Of a stretch of DNA of 64,000 nucleotides, positions 28,899-39,247 are shown piece after piece (the first letter of the stretch is position 1; the number at the start of each line of letters is the position of its first letter). The position numbers and the translations under genes were made by a program. The stretch is from Candidatus Coprosoma sp. (GTDB taxonomy: Bacteria > Bacillota_I > Bacilli_A > RF39 > UBA660): the NCBI GenBank assembly GCA_963928595.1, contig CAWVFK010000032.1, positions 6,383 through 70,382 of the forward strand, in the 5' to 3' direction. The notes below the pieces were generated by a model, which searched no databases, had not been told where the DNA came from, and was given only the letters and a program-made list of their open reading frames with translations.

Positions 28899-29762
28899 CT
28901 TTCTAATATACTCCAAAACTTCTTCTTCTGTTTTACTAAAATCATCATAATTTGTTTCAAACCATTTAAGTTTCATCTGATTACGAAACCACGTATATTG
29001 TCTTTTGGCATATTTTCTACTCTTACTCTTTATAAGATCTATCGCATCTTCTAAACTAGTCTTACCATCAAAATAATCAAATAACTCTTTAGGTCCAATT
29101 GGTGTCATAACCGCTTTTGATCTAATACCAAGATCATATATTTCTTTTGCTTCTTCCACTAAACCCTCTTCTACCATTTTATCGACTCTTTTATTAATTT
29201 TATAATATAAAATATTTCTATCCGTCGTAAGTCCGATAAACAAAGTATCATAAAGTAAAGTTAAATCCTTTTTCTTTTCACTATATGGTTTCTTATTAGC
29301 CTTATAATAATTAAGCGCGCTTATAACTCTAACCCGATTATTCAAATGAATATTAGTATTTGGATCAACCTCTAAAAGCATCTTATAAAGTTCATCATTA
29401 CTGACACCTTCATATTCATCGTTAGCCTTTTCCTCAAACTTATAATCATATAAGGCCGCATTTATATAAAGACCTGTTCCCCCAACTAATATTGGAGTTT
29501 TTCCACGTTTTAAAATATCATCGATAATTTTGCGGGAATCTTTTTGATAATCAAACACTGTATAATCTTCTCTTAAATCTTTTTCGTTAAACAAATAATG
29601 TTTAACCCCTTCAGTATCTTGAACTTTATTAGTCGCAATATCTAACCCCTTATATATTTGCGTGCTATCCGCATTTATAATCTCACCATTTAACTGGTGC
29701 GCTAAAAAGATTCCTAAATCGGTTTTCCCAGTCGCTGTTGGACCAGTAATTACAATCACCAT
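28884..29762 (-). CDS. miaA: tRNA dimethylallyltransferase
   Basis: VIVITGPTATGKT P-loop, INADSTQIYKGLDI. Confidence 0.9.
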   Translation of the reverse strand: MVIVITGPTATGKTDLGIFLAHQLNGEIINADSTQIYKGLDIATNKVQDTEGVKHYLFNEKDLREDYTVFDYQKDSRKIIDDILKRGKTPILVGGTGLYINAALYDYKFEEKANDEYEGVSNDELYKMLLEVDPNTNIHLNNRVRVISALNYYKANKKPYSEKKKDLTLLYDTLFIGLTTDRNILYYKINKRVDKMVEEGLVEEAKEIYDLGIRSKAVMTPIGPKELFDYFDGKTSLEDAIDLIKSKSRKYAKRQYTWFRNQMKLKWFETNYDDFSKTEEEVLEYIRKKMSK

Positions 29763-29771
29763 ATTATCACC

Positions 29772-30797
29772 TTACTTTATCAGCATACTGTCGCCAAACG
29801 AAAAGAAACGATATTTATTCTCTATAGCTTCATTGTATGCTTTCATTATATTATCCTTACCAGCAAGAGCACTAACTAACATAACTAAAGTTGATTTTGG
29901 TAAATGAAAATTTGTAATCAAATAGTCTATACCCTTAAATTCATACCCTGGATAAATAAAAATGTCTGTCCATCCAGAGCATTCTTTAAACTTACCATAT
30001 AAACTAGCAATCGTCTCTAATGTTCTAGTTGATGTTGTACCCACACTGATAATTTTATGTCCTTCTTCTTTTGTTTTATTAAGTAAATCAGCTACCTCCG
30101 CACTCATGACATAATATTCACTATGCATTTTATGTTTAGTCACATCTTCGACATTAACTGGTCTAAAAGTACCAAGACCTACGTGCAAAGTAATATACGC
30201 GATATTTACACCCTTGTCTTTTATCTTTTCAAGTAAATCTTTAGTAAAGTGTAAACCTGCCGTTGGAGCGGCCGCACTGCCAACATTTTTCGCATAAACT
30301 GTCTGATATCTATCTTTATCTTTTAATTTCTCATGAATATAAGGAGGGAGCGGCATTTCACCCAATTCATCTAAGATTTCATATAAAATTCCTTTATACT
30401 CTAACTCAAATTTACGTATACCTTCATCTAATACATCAGTACATCTAGCTTTTAACTTTCCATCACCAAAAGAAACAATCGTTCCTTCTTTAATTCTTTT
30501 CGCCGGTTTAGTTAAACATTCCCATACATTATTTCCTTCATCTTTCAATAATAAAATTTCGATAACAGCTCCCGTTTCTTCCTTAACTCCATAAAGTCTA
30601 GCTGGCATAACTTTAGTATCATTTAAAACTAAAGTATCACCTTTTTCCATATAATCAATAACATCAGTAAAATGTCTATGACTAATTTCTCCAGTTGTTT
30701 TATCCAAAACCAATAATTTAGATGCATCCCTTCTCTCAAGTGGTGTTTGGGCAATTAATTCTTCTGGTAAATCAAAGTCAAAATCGTCTGTTTTCAT
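29772..30797 (-). CDS. queA: S-adenosylmethionine:tRNA ribosyltransferase-isomerase
   Basis: [30 protein letters not shown]-terminus, 341 aa. Confidence 0.9.
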   Translation of the reverse strand: MKTDDFDFDLPEELIAQTPLERRDASKLLVLDKTTGEISHRHFTDVIDYMEKGDTLVLNDTKVMPARLYGVKEETGAVIEILLLKDEGNNVWECLTKPAKRIKEGTIVSFGDGKLKARCTDVLDEGIRKFELEYKGILYEILDELGEMPLPPYIHEKLKDKDRYQTVYAKNVGSAAAPTAGLHFTKDLLEKIKDKGVNIAYITLHVGLGTFRPVNVEDVTKHKMHSEYYVMSAEVADLLNKTKEEGHKIISVGTTSTRTLETIASLYGKFKECSGWTDIFIYPGYEFKGIDYLITNFHLPKSTLVMLVSALAGKDNIMKAYNEAIENKYRFFSFGDSMLIK

Positions 30798-30808
30798 CTT
30801 ATCACCCT

Positions 30809-31810
30809 CTAAAATAAAGTATCTTGTCTGTTTTTCTTTAAATAATCATAAGCTTTTTCTGTCACCATTCTACCCCTACTGGTTCTTTTAAGAAAACCAT
30901 TTTGAAGTAAATAAGGTTCATATACATCCTCAATCGTTGATGCCTCTTCTCCAATACTAGAAGCTAAAGCATCAATACCAACTGGACCCCCATTAAACTT
31001 TTCAATAATCGCATTAAGTAAATTATAATCTGTCGCATCAAGTCCAGCTTCATCAACTTTAAGTTTTTCCAAAGCCATTTTTGTAATATCTAAATCGATA
31101 TTACCGTCGCCCATTACTAAAGCAAAATCACGAACTCGTTTAAATAATCTATTAGCCACCCTTGGCGTTCCTCTACTTCTTCTAGCAAGTTCCATTGCCG
31201 CATCTTCTGAAATTGGTGATTTTAAAACTCTGCTTGTTCTAAGAACAATTTGTTTTAGTTCCTCTTCTGTATAAAAATTAAGCCTTGATACAATTCCAAA
31301 TCTATCTCTTAAAGGTCCGGTTAAATCACCAGCACGTGTCGTTGCTCCAACTAAAGTAAAAGGTGGCAAGTCAATTGTGATATTTCTACTTGAAGCATCA
31401 GAACCAACAATAATATCTAATTTAAAATCTTCCATTGCTGAATATAAAATTTCTTCAATAAATCTTGGTATGCGATGAATCTCATCAATAAATAATACAT
31501 CTCCAGGTTCTAATGTTGAAAGTACTGCCGCTAAATCACCGCTTTTTTCAATCGCTGGACCACTAGTTGTTTTAATATTGCTTCCCATCTCATTAGCTAT
31601 AATATAAGCCATTGTCGTTTTACCAAGTCCTGGAGGACCATACAAAAGCACATGATCTAAAGCTTCCGAGCGCATCTTGGCTGCCTTCATAAATATATTC
31701 AAATTTTCTTTTAATTCTGATTGGCCAATATACTCATCAATACTCTCCGGTCTAATTGAAGTTTCAAAATTATCTTCTTCTAACTCCTCACCAGTAACTA
31801 ATCTTGCCAT
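30809..31810 (-). CDS. ruvB: Holliday junction helicase RuvB
   Basis: GPPGLGKTT Walker A, AAA+ fold, C-terminal winged helix. Confidence 0.95.
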   Translation of the reverse strand: MARLVTGEELEEDNFETSIRPESIDEYIGQSELKENLNIFMKAAKMRSEALDHVLLYGPPGLGKTTMAYIIANEMGSNIKTTSGPAIEKSGDLAAVLSTLEPGDVLFIDEIHRIPRFIEEILYSAMEDFKLDIIVGSDASSRNITIDLPPFTLVGATTRAGDLTGPLRDRFGIVSRLNFYTEEELKQIVLRTSRVLKSPISEDAAMELARRSRGTPRVANRLFKRVRDFALVMGDGNIDLDITKMALEKLKVDEAGLDATDYNLLNAIIEKFNGGPVGIDALASSIGEEASTIEDVYEPYLLQNGFLKRTSRGRMVTEKAYDYLKKNRQDTLF

Positions 31811-31821
31811 CTAATCACCTC

Positions 31822-32382
31822 CTATTTTAAAAGTAATTTTAAAGCTGTTTTTATTTGTTCTTCAATATCTAAAGAACTATCGACCTTCTTAACCACTTTA
31901 TTAATATCTGCATTCTTATAACCTAAACTTCTTAAAGCTTCCACAAGTTCATCACTAGTTTGATTATTAACTCCTTCCGTTTTAGCAAGTTTTCCTTTTA
32001 AATCCAAAATAATCTGTCTAGCCACTTTATCGCCAATCTTTGGAAATTTTTTCAAATATAAAATATTTTCTCTTTCAATCGCATCAACAATACCATCAGG
32101 TGAACCTAAAGCAAGCATCGGTAGTGCCATCTTACAACCTAATCCTTTAACTGAAATCAACTTTAAAAATAACTGTTTTTCTTCTAATGATTTAAATCCA
32201 TATAAAGTTATCTCATCTTCTCTAACATATTGATATAAATAAACCGTATATTCTTTATCTATCTCAAATGAATAAGGACTAGCTGTATAAATCAAATAAC
32301 CAACACCATTATTATCGACAACTATATAATCACTTTCTATATCTTTAATAAAACCTTTTATATAAGCATACATACTAACCAC
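31822..32382 (-). CDS. ruvA: Holliday junction DNA-binding protein RuvA
   Basis: 186 aa. HhH motifs (GIGxKxA). Adjacent to ruvB. Confidence 0.85.
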   Translation of the reverse strand: MVSMYAYIKGFIKDIESDYIVVDNNGVGYLIYTASPYSFEIDKEYTVYLYQYVREDEITLYGFKSLEEKQLFLKLISVKGLGCKMALPMLALGSPDGIVDAIERENILYLKKFPKIGDKVARQIILDLKGKLAKTEGVNNQTSDELVEALRSLGYKNADINKVVKKVDSSLDIEEQIKTALKLLLK

Positions 32383-32435
32383 CTATTTAATTATAACACG
32401 AACAACCGTTTTTTTACAGAAAAAAAGCCAACCGT

Positions 32436-32744
32436 TTAAAATTTTCGGTTGACAAACTTAGAAAACAATAGTCCTAAGAAAATCATATAAATAAGTACAT
32501 ATAAGAACATTACTATGTCATTAAACATTCCTAAATCAAATGATTTAATAATCGCTGGTATACTTTCAGGAATAAAATTAAAGAAACCAAAAGCATTATC
32601 TTTAATTATGTACATCTTCAAATAAGTTACAATTCTCAAAAATATATCAATCATTACAAATGCGTATACAAAAGCATTGAAATCTTTAAAAAATACAATT
32701 ATTAATACTAGTGCGATTATAAGTACAATTACTGGAATTGTCAT
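32436..32744 (-). CDS. small membrane protein (hypothetical)
   Basis: 102 aa with 3 hydrophobic segments. 4-nt overlap with the upstream ORF. Confidence 0.35.
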   Translation of the reverse strand: MTIPVIVLIIALVLIIVFFKDFNAFVYAFVMIDIFLRIVTYLKMYIIKDNAFGFFNFIPESIPAIIKSFDLGMFNDIVMFLYVLIYMIFLGLLFSKFVNRKF

Positions 32745-33439
32745 TTTACCCCTCCTACTAATTCATCATAATACTTTGTAAAATCATTTACTTCACTATT
32801 ATAAATATCAATAGTTAAAATTCCATCGTTATTTAAACCTCTATAATTATAATAGTTAGTTAAATCTAATTTGTACATATAAATACCATTATCATTTTCA
32901 TAAACATTAATAACAATATTATATTGATTAGCCAAACTTAAATCAGCTTCTACATCCACTTCATATAAATTTAAGAAATTAGAAAGTGGTACTAAATATT
33001 GTTTAGCCTCTCCATCCATATTATAAGTTAAATTACCAATCAAATTATTGATCATTTTGCTATTTATCTTTAAAACATTTAAATCAAAAGTTGGCATAAT
33101 AGTAGCTTGATGATTCTTTATCAAATAAACATTACCACCATTATAATAATAACGATTACCGCCATACATAAATTCTAATTTATCATCATAAGTCTGTCCA
33201 AAAATAACTCCAGAATTATTACTATAAGTAAATTCATAATTAGAATCACTTAAAGTAGTCTTTTGTGTTTCTGTACTTTCCAAATTTGCTCGTGTACTTG
33301 TTAGACCACGCGCAAATAGAATGACTATCACAAAAAATATAAACCATAATATAAGCGACGTTATCGGTCTAAGTTTTGGGTCAGCCCTCATTTCCTTAAA
33401 TTTTTGATAATAAGGATTTTCTTTTATTTTTTTAAACAT
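32741..33439 (-). CDS. hypothetical membrane-anchored protein
   Basis: 232 aa. One N-terminal TM segment, then an Asn/Tyr-rich extracytoplasmic region. Confidence 0.35.
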   Translation of the reverse strand: MFKKIKENPYYQKFKEMRADPKLRPITSLILWFIFFVIVILFARGLTSTRANLESTETQKTTLSDSNYEFTYSNNSGVIFGQTYDDKLEFMYGGNRYYYNGGNVYLIKNHQATIMPTFDLNVLKINSKMINNLIGNLTYNMDGEAKQYLVPLSNFLNLYEVDVEADLSLANQYNIVINVYENDNGIYMYKLDLTNYYNYRGLNNDGILTIDIYNSEVNDFTKYYDELVGGVK

Positions 33440-33440
33440 C

Positions 33441-34400
33441 TTATTTCAAAATCTTTCCAACTAATTCACCATGATAGCCATTGATAAAATCAACAGCTCT
33501 CATTTTTTTCTTACCCTCTGGTTGAATCTCAGTAAACACAACTTCCCCATTACTACACTTAACACCAAACCCATCAGAATAAATCGCTGTAATTTCTCCA
33601 GGCATTGCGAAATCATAACGCTTATCTGTTCTATAACATGCCCATACCTTCATAATTTTATCTTCAAATATACAGTAAGCACCCGGCCAAGAATTTAATC
33701 CTCTAACCTGGTTAACTATCTTTCGCATAGTTTTACTAAAATCGATTTTCTCATCTTTTCTACTAATATTAAAACCATAAGTAGCCTCTGATTCATCCTG
33801 TGGAATTCTTTTATTTGTTCCTTCAATAATACTTGGTAAAGTCTCTAAAAGTAAATCACGACCTAAAATAGATAACTTGTCATGTAAAGTAGACGCTGTA
33901 TCATCATCAGTAATTTCTATTTTCCTTTGACTGATCATATCACCAGTATCCATACCCTCAGCCATATACATAATTGTCACACCAGTTTCACTATATCCAT
34001 CAATAATCGCATGATGAATTGGTGCCCCTCCACGTAACTTTGGAAGAAGTGATGCATGCACATTAATACATCCTAATTTCGGAATAAGTAAAAGTTCAAG
34101 TGGTAATATTTGACCATAAGCACATGTAATAATCAAATCAGGTTCAAGCGCATTAATCTCTTGTAAAGCCTCCTTAATTTTATTTGGCTGTAAACATAAA
34201 ATATTGTGTTTTAAAGCCACTTCCTTGACTGGTGAAAACTTTACATCACCATGTCTACCAACTGGTTTATCTGGTTGGGTTACAATAGCTCTTACTTTAT
34301 ACTTACTAATTAATCCTTCTAAAACCGGCACACTAAATTCTGGTGTCCCCATAAAAATAATTGTCGGATCTCTTTTTATTTCTATCTTATCAAAATCCAT
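33441..34400 (-). CDS. fmt: methionyl-tRNA formyltransferase
   Basis: NVHASLLPKLRGGAPI (SLLP motif). 319 aa. Confidence 0.9.
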   Translation of the reverse strand: MDFDKIEIKRDPTIIFMGTPEFSVPVLEGLISKYKVRAIVTQPDKPVGRHGDVKFSPVKEVALKHNILCLQPNKIKEALQEINALEPDLIITCAYGQILPLELLLIPKLGCINVHASLLPKLRGGAPIHHAIIDGYSETGVTIMYMAEGMDTGDMISQRKIEITDDDTASTLHDKLSILGRDLLLETLPSIIEGTNKRIPQDESEATYGFNISRKDEKIDFSKTMRKIVNQVRGLNSWPGAYCIFEDKIMKVWACYRTDKRYDFAMPGEITAIYSDGFGVKCSNGEVVFTEIQPEGKKKMRAVDFINGYHGELVGKILK

Positions 34401-34444
34401 ATCATCACCTTAATATTAATTTTACCACATTTCTAATCATTTAA

Positions 34445-36589
34445 CTATATCTTTAATGGATTTAAATCAATATCGACATTGATTTTTTTCTTATAGTGTT
34501 CCCTAATAAATTCTAGGTAACTTAAAATCTCTTTAGTATTCTTAAATTTAATTATAATTTGAACATAATAAATATTATTAATTTTAGGCATACTAGCAGA
34601 AGCTGGACCTAAAACAATATTGTTTAAATTACTTTTTAAATAAGTAGTAATCTTACTAGCTTCACTATAAACTTCATCATAATTCTTGCCGCTAACTTTA
34701 ATTAAACAAAGATTATAATAAGGCGGGTATTTAAGAACTTTTCTTATTTTCATCTCTTCATTATAAAAACTCTCATAATCATTATTCTTCGCATATACAA
34801 TACTATAATGACTCACATTAAATCCTTGAATAATAACTTCACCATCTAATTTATCGCGGCCCGCTCTACCAGAGACTTGACTTAAAAGTTCATAAGTTCT
34901 CTCGCTACTTCTAAAATCCGGAATATTAAGTGTTGCATCACCATTAACCACACATACTAAAGTAACCTTAGGAAAATCAAGTCCTTTCGCAATCATCTGC
35001 GTTCCAACTAAAACATTGTATTTTCCTTCTTTAAAATCATCTATAATTCGCTTATGCGCTCCTTTATTTCTCGTCGTATCTTGATCCATTCTAATTACTT
35101 TCGCATCTTTAAATTCTTCTTTAATTAAACTTTCTAATTTCTCTGTTCCCATACCTAAGGAATTTATATTTTTACTGTGACACTTTGGACATTCTAAAAG
35201 CCTAGGCACCTTATAATCACAATAATGGCATTTCATAATATTGCCATTTTTATGATAAGTTAAAGGAATATCACAATTTGGACACTTATGTGTAAATCCA
35301 CATTCCTTGCAAGTAATAACCGTCGAATAACCTCTTCTATTAAGTAAAACTAAAACTTGCTCATTTTTACTTAACCTATCATTCATCTTCACTTTAAAAA
35401 TATCTGAAAATACCCTATTACCTTTTTTAAACTCATCTTTCATATCGACTAAGTAAACCTTAGGCATTTTCTTATTAACTCTATTTTTCATAACTAATAA
35501 CTCATAAATTCCCGTTTTAGCTCTTGTATAACTCTCCACACTTGGTGTCGCACTTCCTAAAACAACCGGAATATTATAAGTTTTTCCTCTTCTAAGTGCC
35601 ACATCAATCGCATTATATCTTGGAACATTGTCCTGCTTATAAGTATTGGAATGTTCCTCATCGATAATAATAATTCCTAAATTAGTGAATGGGGCGAACA
35701 TCGCACTACGAGCTCCAATAACAATTGAAACTTCTTTCCTTTCAATCTTACGCCATTCATCATATTTCTCTCCATTACTAAGGCCACTGTGTAAAATAGC
35801 AATTGTCTTTCCAAAACGCTTTTTAAAAATATCGACAACTTGTGGTGTTAAACTAATCTCTGGAACTAATAAAATAGCTTCTTTTCCTTGTTTAAGCACT
35901 TTTTCGATTAACCTAATATAGACAAGCGTTTTTCCACTACCAGTTACCCCATGTAATAAATACGGTTTAAACTTACCAAACTTTACACTTTCTAATACTT
36001 TTGCTTGTTCTTCTGTTAAATCATAATGTTTTTTTTCTACTTCAACTTCTTCATCTAATCTATAAACTTCTTTTTCTACCTCTTCTAAATATTCATTATT
36101 AATAAGGGTTTTTACTGCAGATGAAGAAATTTTATTAGCCTCAGCCTTTAAAACCAAGTTGTTTTTTTTAACATAATCAAAGACCTGTTTTTGTTTTTCA
36201 CCTTTAAATTCACCATCTTTTAAAACATGTAAATATTTAACTATCTTCTTATTAATATTTGTTTTTTCCTTAGCTTTTAAACCACTAGGTAGCATTGTCT
36301 GATAAGAAAGCGTTAAAGGTGATAATGTCTTCTTACTAATATACTTGCCAAGCTCTAACATCTCTTCATTCAAAACCGGTTTTTCATCGACTAGCTGAAT
36401 AATATCTTTAACTTCATAATCAAGTTCTACTTCATCGTATATTCTAATGATAAAACCTTCAATATTTCTCCTTCCAAACGGTACTAAAGCCCTCATACCT
36501 TCTTTAGCATTCATCCCGTCAGGAATATGATACGTAAAAGTTTTATCCGTTGTTTTGGCAACAACTTCGACTAAGATATCCGCAAGCAT
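34445..36589 (-). CDS. priA: primosomal protein N' (PriA helicase)
   Basis: GVTGSGKT Walker A, DEEH box, Cys-rich zinc-binding insert (CKECGF...CPNC...CHYC). Confidence 0.9.
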   Translation of the reverse strand: MLADILVEVVAKTTDKTFTYHIPDGMNAKEGMRALVPFGRRNIEGFIIRIYDEVELDYEVKDIIQLVDEKPVLNEEMLELGKYISKKTLSPLTLSYQTMLPSGLKAKEKTNINKKIVKYLHVLKDGEFKGEKQKQVFDYVKKNNLVLKAEANKISSSAVKTLINNEYLEEVEKEVYRLDEEVEVEKKHYDLTEEQAKVLESVKFGKFKPYLLHGVTGSGKTLVYIRLIEKVLKQGKEAILLVPEISLTPQVVDIFKKRFGKTIAILHSGLSNGEKYDEWRKIERKEVSIVIGARSAMFAPFTNLGIIIIDEEHSNTYKQDNVPRYNAIDVALRRGKTYNIPVVLGSATPSVESYTRAKTGIYELLVMKNRVNKKMPKVYLVDMKDEFKKGNRVFSDIFKVKMNDRLSKNEQVLVLLNRRGYSTVITCKECGFTHKCPNCDIPLTYHKNGNIMKCHYCDYKVPRLLECPKCHSKNINSLGMGTEKLESLIKEEFKDAKVIRMDQDTTRNKGAHKRIIDDFKEGKYNVLVGTQMIAKGLDFPKVTLVCVVNGDATLNIPDFRSSERTYELLSQVSGRAGRDKLDGEVIIQGFNVSHYSIVYAKNNDYESFYNEEMKIRKVLKYPPYYNLCLIKVSGKNYDEVYSEASKITTYLKSNLNNIVLGPASASMPKINNIYYVQIIIKFKNTKEILSYLEFIREHYKKKINVDIDLNPLKI

Positions 36590-36667
36590 ATCATCACCAC
36601 CTTATCTAACAAATATAATTATATCATGCGAACACTTGTTTAGACAACATCTCAAAAAAAATCACTC

Positions 36668-37684
36668 CTAAAAAACGCGTGATTTTTCCATACAATAATT
36701 TCCTTTTTCTTCATAATACATATTATTAAATTCAATACTTAATTTATGAGTTTCTAAAAATAAATTCTTCATTCTATCAGTTAAACCTAAAGTACTAGTA
36801 ATTGAAAGGGCGAAAGGATGCTCAGTAAAATTAAGTGAAACATCATTGTAATATCCTCCACCTTCGACATATTCTCCATATTTATGAGCAACTATTACAT
36901 CACCACTTTTAACGTACTCTGAGTTATCCGAATTTTCCATGTCTTCCACTAATTTTTTCGCATTATCTTTACCCGTTAAATAATATTTATAAACCTCTTT
37001 AATATATCCGTTACCGAGTGCTGGTGACAAATTACCAAAATTATCTGAATAATGAATTTCATATCCTAAACTTTCCCAATATTCTTTAACTTTATTTCTA
37101 CCACCTAATTCATCTAAAAGCATTGCATATCCAATATTATCACTATATCTAATTGTATATTCCAAAACTGTACTTAACTTATACTTTGTTCCAACACTAT
37201 CGTTTTGAATAATTCCGCTACCACCCGCACTATATTTAGCCAAATAAGTAAGTTCCTTATTCAAATCAAGTTTTCCATCATCCGCCAATTTATATGCATA
37301 TAAAACTGCCGGTAACTTGGTAACACTAGCCGCATAAATTTCACTATCTTCGCCTTCGCCAAAACTATAATCACTTTCTAAATCAGTATACATAAAATCA
37401 GCATTTACTCCGCTATACAAACCTATTATTTCATCTTTCTTCGCATTAAGTTCATCACTAAAATCTTCTTCTTTTAATACTTCTTCACTCATACATGTTT
37501 TATAAGCTTCCGTACTTTTAGTAATATTTTCAGTAATATCATCAAATAATTCACCTACTTCATTACTAAAATCACCATTAGAAAAGAAGAAAATATAAAT
37601 AATTAGTCCGATTATAACAAGCAAAATAAATAAAAATACGTAAAAAAATTTTTTCATTTTTTTCTTTTTTCTTACCTTACTCAT
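36668..37684 (-). CDS. membrane-anchored class-A-beta-lactamase-like serine hydrolase
   Basis: N-terminal TM segment. SVTK (SxxK), YSDN (SDN loop). The KTG position reads HKYG. A terminator hairpin follows (36621-36660). Confidence 0.5.
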   Translation of the reverse strand: MSKVRKKKKMKKFFYVFLFILLVIIGLIIYIFFFSNGDFSNEVGELFDDITENITKSTEAYKTCMSEEVLKEEDFSDELNAKKDEIIGLYSGVNADFMYTDLESDYSFGEGEDSEIYAASVTKLPAVLYAYKLADDGKLDLNKELTYLAKYSAGGSGIIQNDSVGTKYKLSTVLEYTIRYSDNIGYAMLLDELGGRNKVKEYWESLGYEIHYSDNFGNLSPALGNGYIKEVYKYYLTGKDNAKKLVEDMENSDNSEYVKSGDVIVAHKYGEYVEGGGYYNDVSLNFTEHPFALSITSTLGLTDRMKNLFLETHKLSIEFNNMYYEEKGNYCMEKSRVF

Positions 37685-37789
37685 CGTACTTCACCATTTT
37701 AATTATACAAACAAATCAAAATAATTTAAAGTTTTTTTTCAAAAAAATCACAAAAAAGAATATTTAAAAAATAAATATTCATAATTAAT

Positions 37790-38194
37790 TTACAATTTTT
37801 GAATTTCAGCAATTGTTAGACCAGTGGCTTTTGAAATATCTTCTATACTCATTTTCATATTAAGCATATTTTTAGCTATTTCAATATTTCTTTTCTTAAT
37901 TCCTTCAGTGATTCCAAGAGACTTTCCTTCTTTTTTCGCATCTTCTATCTCGTTATATTTAACTAAATCATCAAATAGTTCCTTATTCCATTCATGCAAA
38001 ACAAACTCATCTTTACTCATACCTACCGCTCCTTCCATAAATCTTTTTAACTTTTCTTCTGGAAGTACCTGACTTATTATTTTATATAGTTCACTAAAAT
38101 TCTTAGATGTGAGTGCCGTAAGCCATATTACATCCTCTTCTTTAATACCACTATAATATAATTCTCGATGTTTTTCAAGCCCTTTAATTATCAT
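37790..38194 (-). pseudogene. N-terminally truncated Rpn/YhgA-family paralog (C-terminal domain only)
   Basis: 134 aa. C-terminus KRNIEIAKNMLNMKMSIEDISKATGLTIAEIQKL parallels that of the 18103-19050 Rpn protein. No PD-(D/E)XK N-domain. Confidence 0.5.
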
Positions 38195-38454
38195 ACACTG
38201 TCCTACAATTTTAAAAATAGAAATAATTGCTAAAGCATTAAATATTGAAGCCTATATGTTATTTCAAAACCCAAATCGTGACAAAGAAATAATAAACAAA
38301 ATGAAAACCTCAAGACAATATAATCAGAAAAAAAATCACTAAATAAATTTTTAGTGGTTTTTAATTTTTTAAATAAGTTATATATTATCATCCATTTTAT
38401 AAACCTTATTTACAGATATAAAATTCATAATCTTATTATCAACAAACTTAAATG

Positions 38455-38748
38455 TTACCTAAAAAGTTCACTATGACTACCTGTATTTACTAATATAAGT
38501 ATAAGTTTGTCATTATTATATTGATACACTAATAGCCAATCTGGATCAATATGGCATTCACCACAATTTTTATAATATTTATCATTAATCAAATTGTGGT
38601 TTTTATATTTTAACTCTAATTTTTCCCCACAAGCTAGCTTATCAACGACATCTAATAATTTATTTATATCCTTGCCCTGTTTTAATATTTTCTTTAAATT
38701 CTTTTTAAATTTATTAGAATAAACAACTTCATATTTATATTTCATCAT
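38455..38748 (-). CDS. yafQ: type II toxin, YafQ/RelE family
   Basis: ..YKNCGECHIDPDWLLVYQYNNDKLILILVNTGSHSELF. Overlaps the antitoxin gene by 14 nt. Confidence 0.75.
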   Translation of the reverse strand: MMKYKYEVVYSNKFKKNLKKILKQGKDINKLLDVVDKLACGEKLELKYKNHNLINDKYYKNCGECHIDPDWLLVYQYNNDKLILILVNTGSHSELFR

Positions 38749-39028
38749 CAGCCACTAAAGAATTTTTTAAATCTACTCTGTTAGTATAACGAGGATATTT
38801 ATTAGGGTCATTTATAATTTCTTTTACTTCTTCAAGAGCCTCTAACGTATCTTTACTAGGTTTAGGATTTGTCACTTCAAACGGAATTCCTTCTCTTTTA
38901 ACAACTTGTACCAAAAACATATTGATTGCAGTACTCATATTAAGGCCTAAATCTTTTAAAATTGCTGTTGCTTCATCTTTTACTTTACTATCAACATTAA
39001 CATTAATAGCAGATGTTATATTTGCCAT
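38735..39028 (-). CDS. dinJ: type II antitoxin, DinJ/RelB family
   Basis: MANITSAINVNVDSKVKDEATAILKDLGLNMSTAINMFLVQVVKREGIPFEV. AGGAAGGAG RBS. Confidence 0.75.
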   Translation of the reverse strand: MANITSAINVNVDSKVKDEATAILKDLGLNMSTAINMFLVQVVKREGIPFEVTNPKPSKDTLEALEEVKEIINDPNKYPRYTNRVDLKNSLVADDEI

Positions 39029-39153
39029 TATATAGTCATCTCCTTCCTTAATAAAATATTAACACAATATAAAGGTAAAATCAAGATGATATCTTTATAT
39101 TAAATACATAATGTCTTTATAACATTATATTTAAATTATAGTATTTTATACCA

Positions 39154-39213
39154 ACTTCCTAATTTTGAATAAATTTACTTCCTAATTTGGCACAATATTA
39201 CTTCCAAATTTGG
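39154..39213. promoter_or_regulatory. three phased (23-bp period) operator-like repeats ACTTCC(T/A)AATTT(T/G)G upstream of dinJ-yafQ
   Basis: Copies at 39154, 39177 and 39200. The third contains the perfect palindrome CCAAATTTGG. Confidence 0.4.
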
Positions 39214-39214
39214 C

Positions 39215-39247
39215 AAAAAAAAAGAAATCTTATTTTTTTAAGATTTC
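39215..39247 (-). terminator. tig Rho-independent terminator
   Basis: GAAATCTTA-aaaaaaa-TAAGATTTC hairpin overlapping the tig stop. Followed by T9 on the minus strand. Confidence 0.65.
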
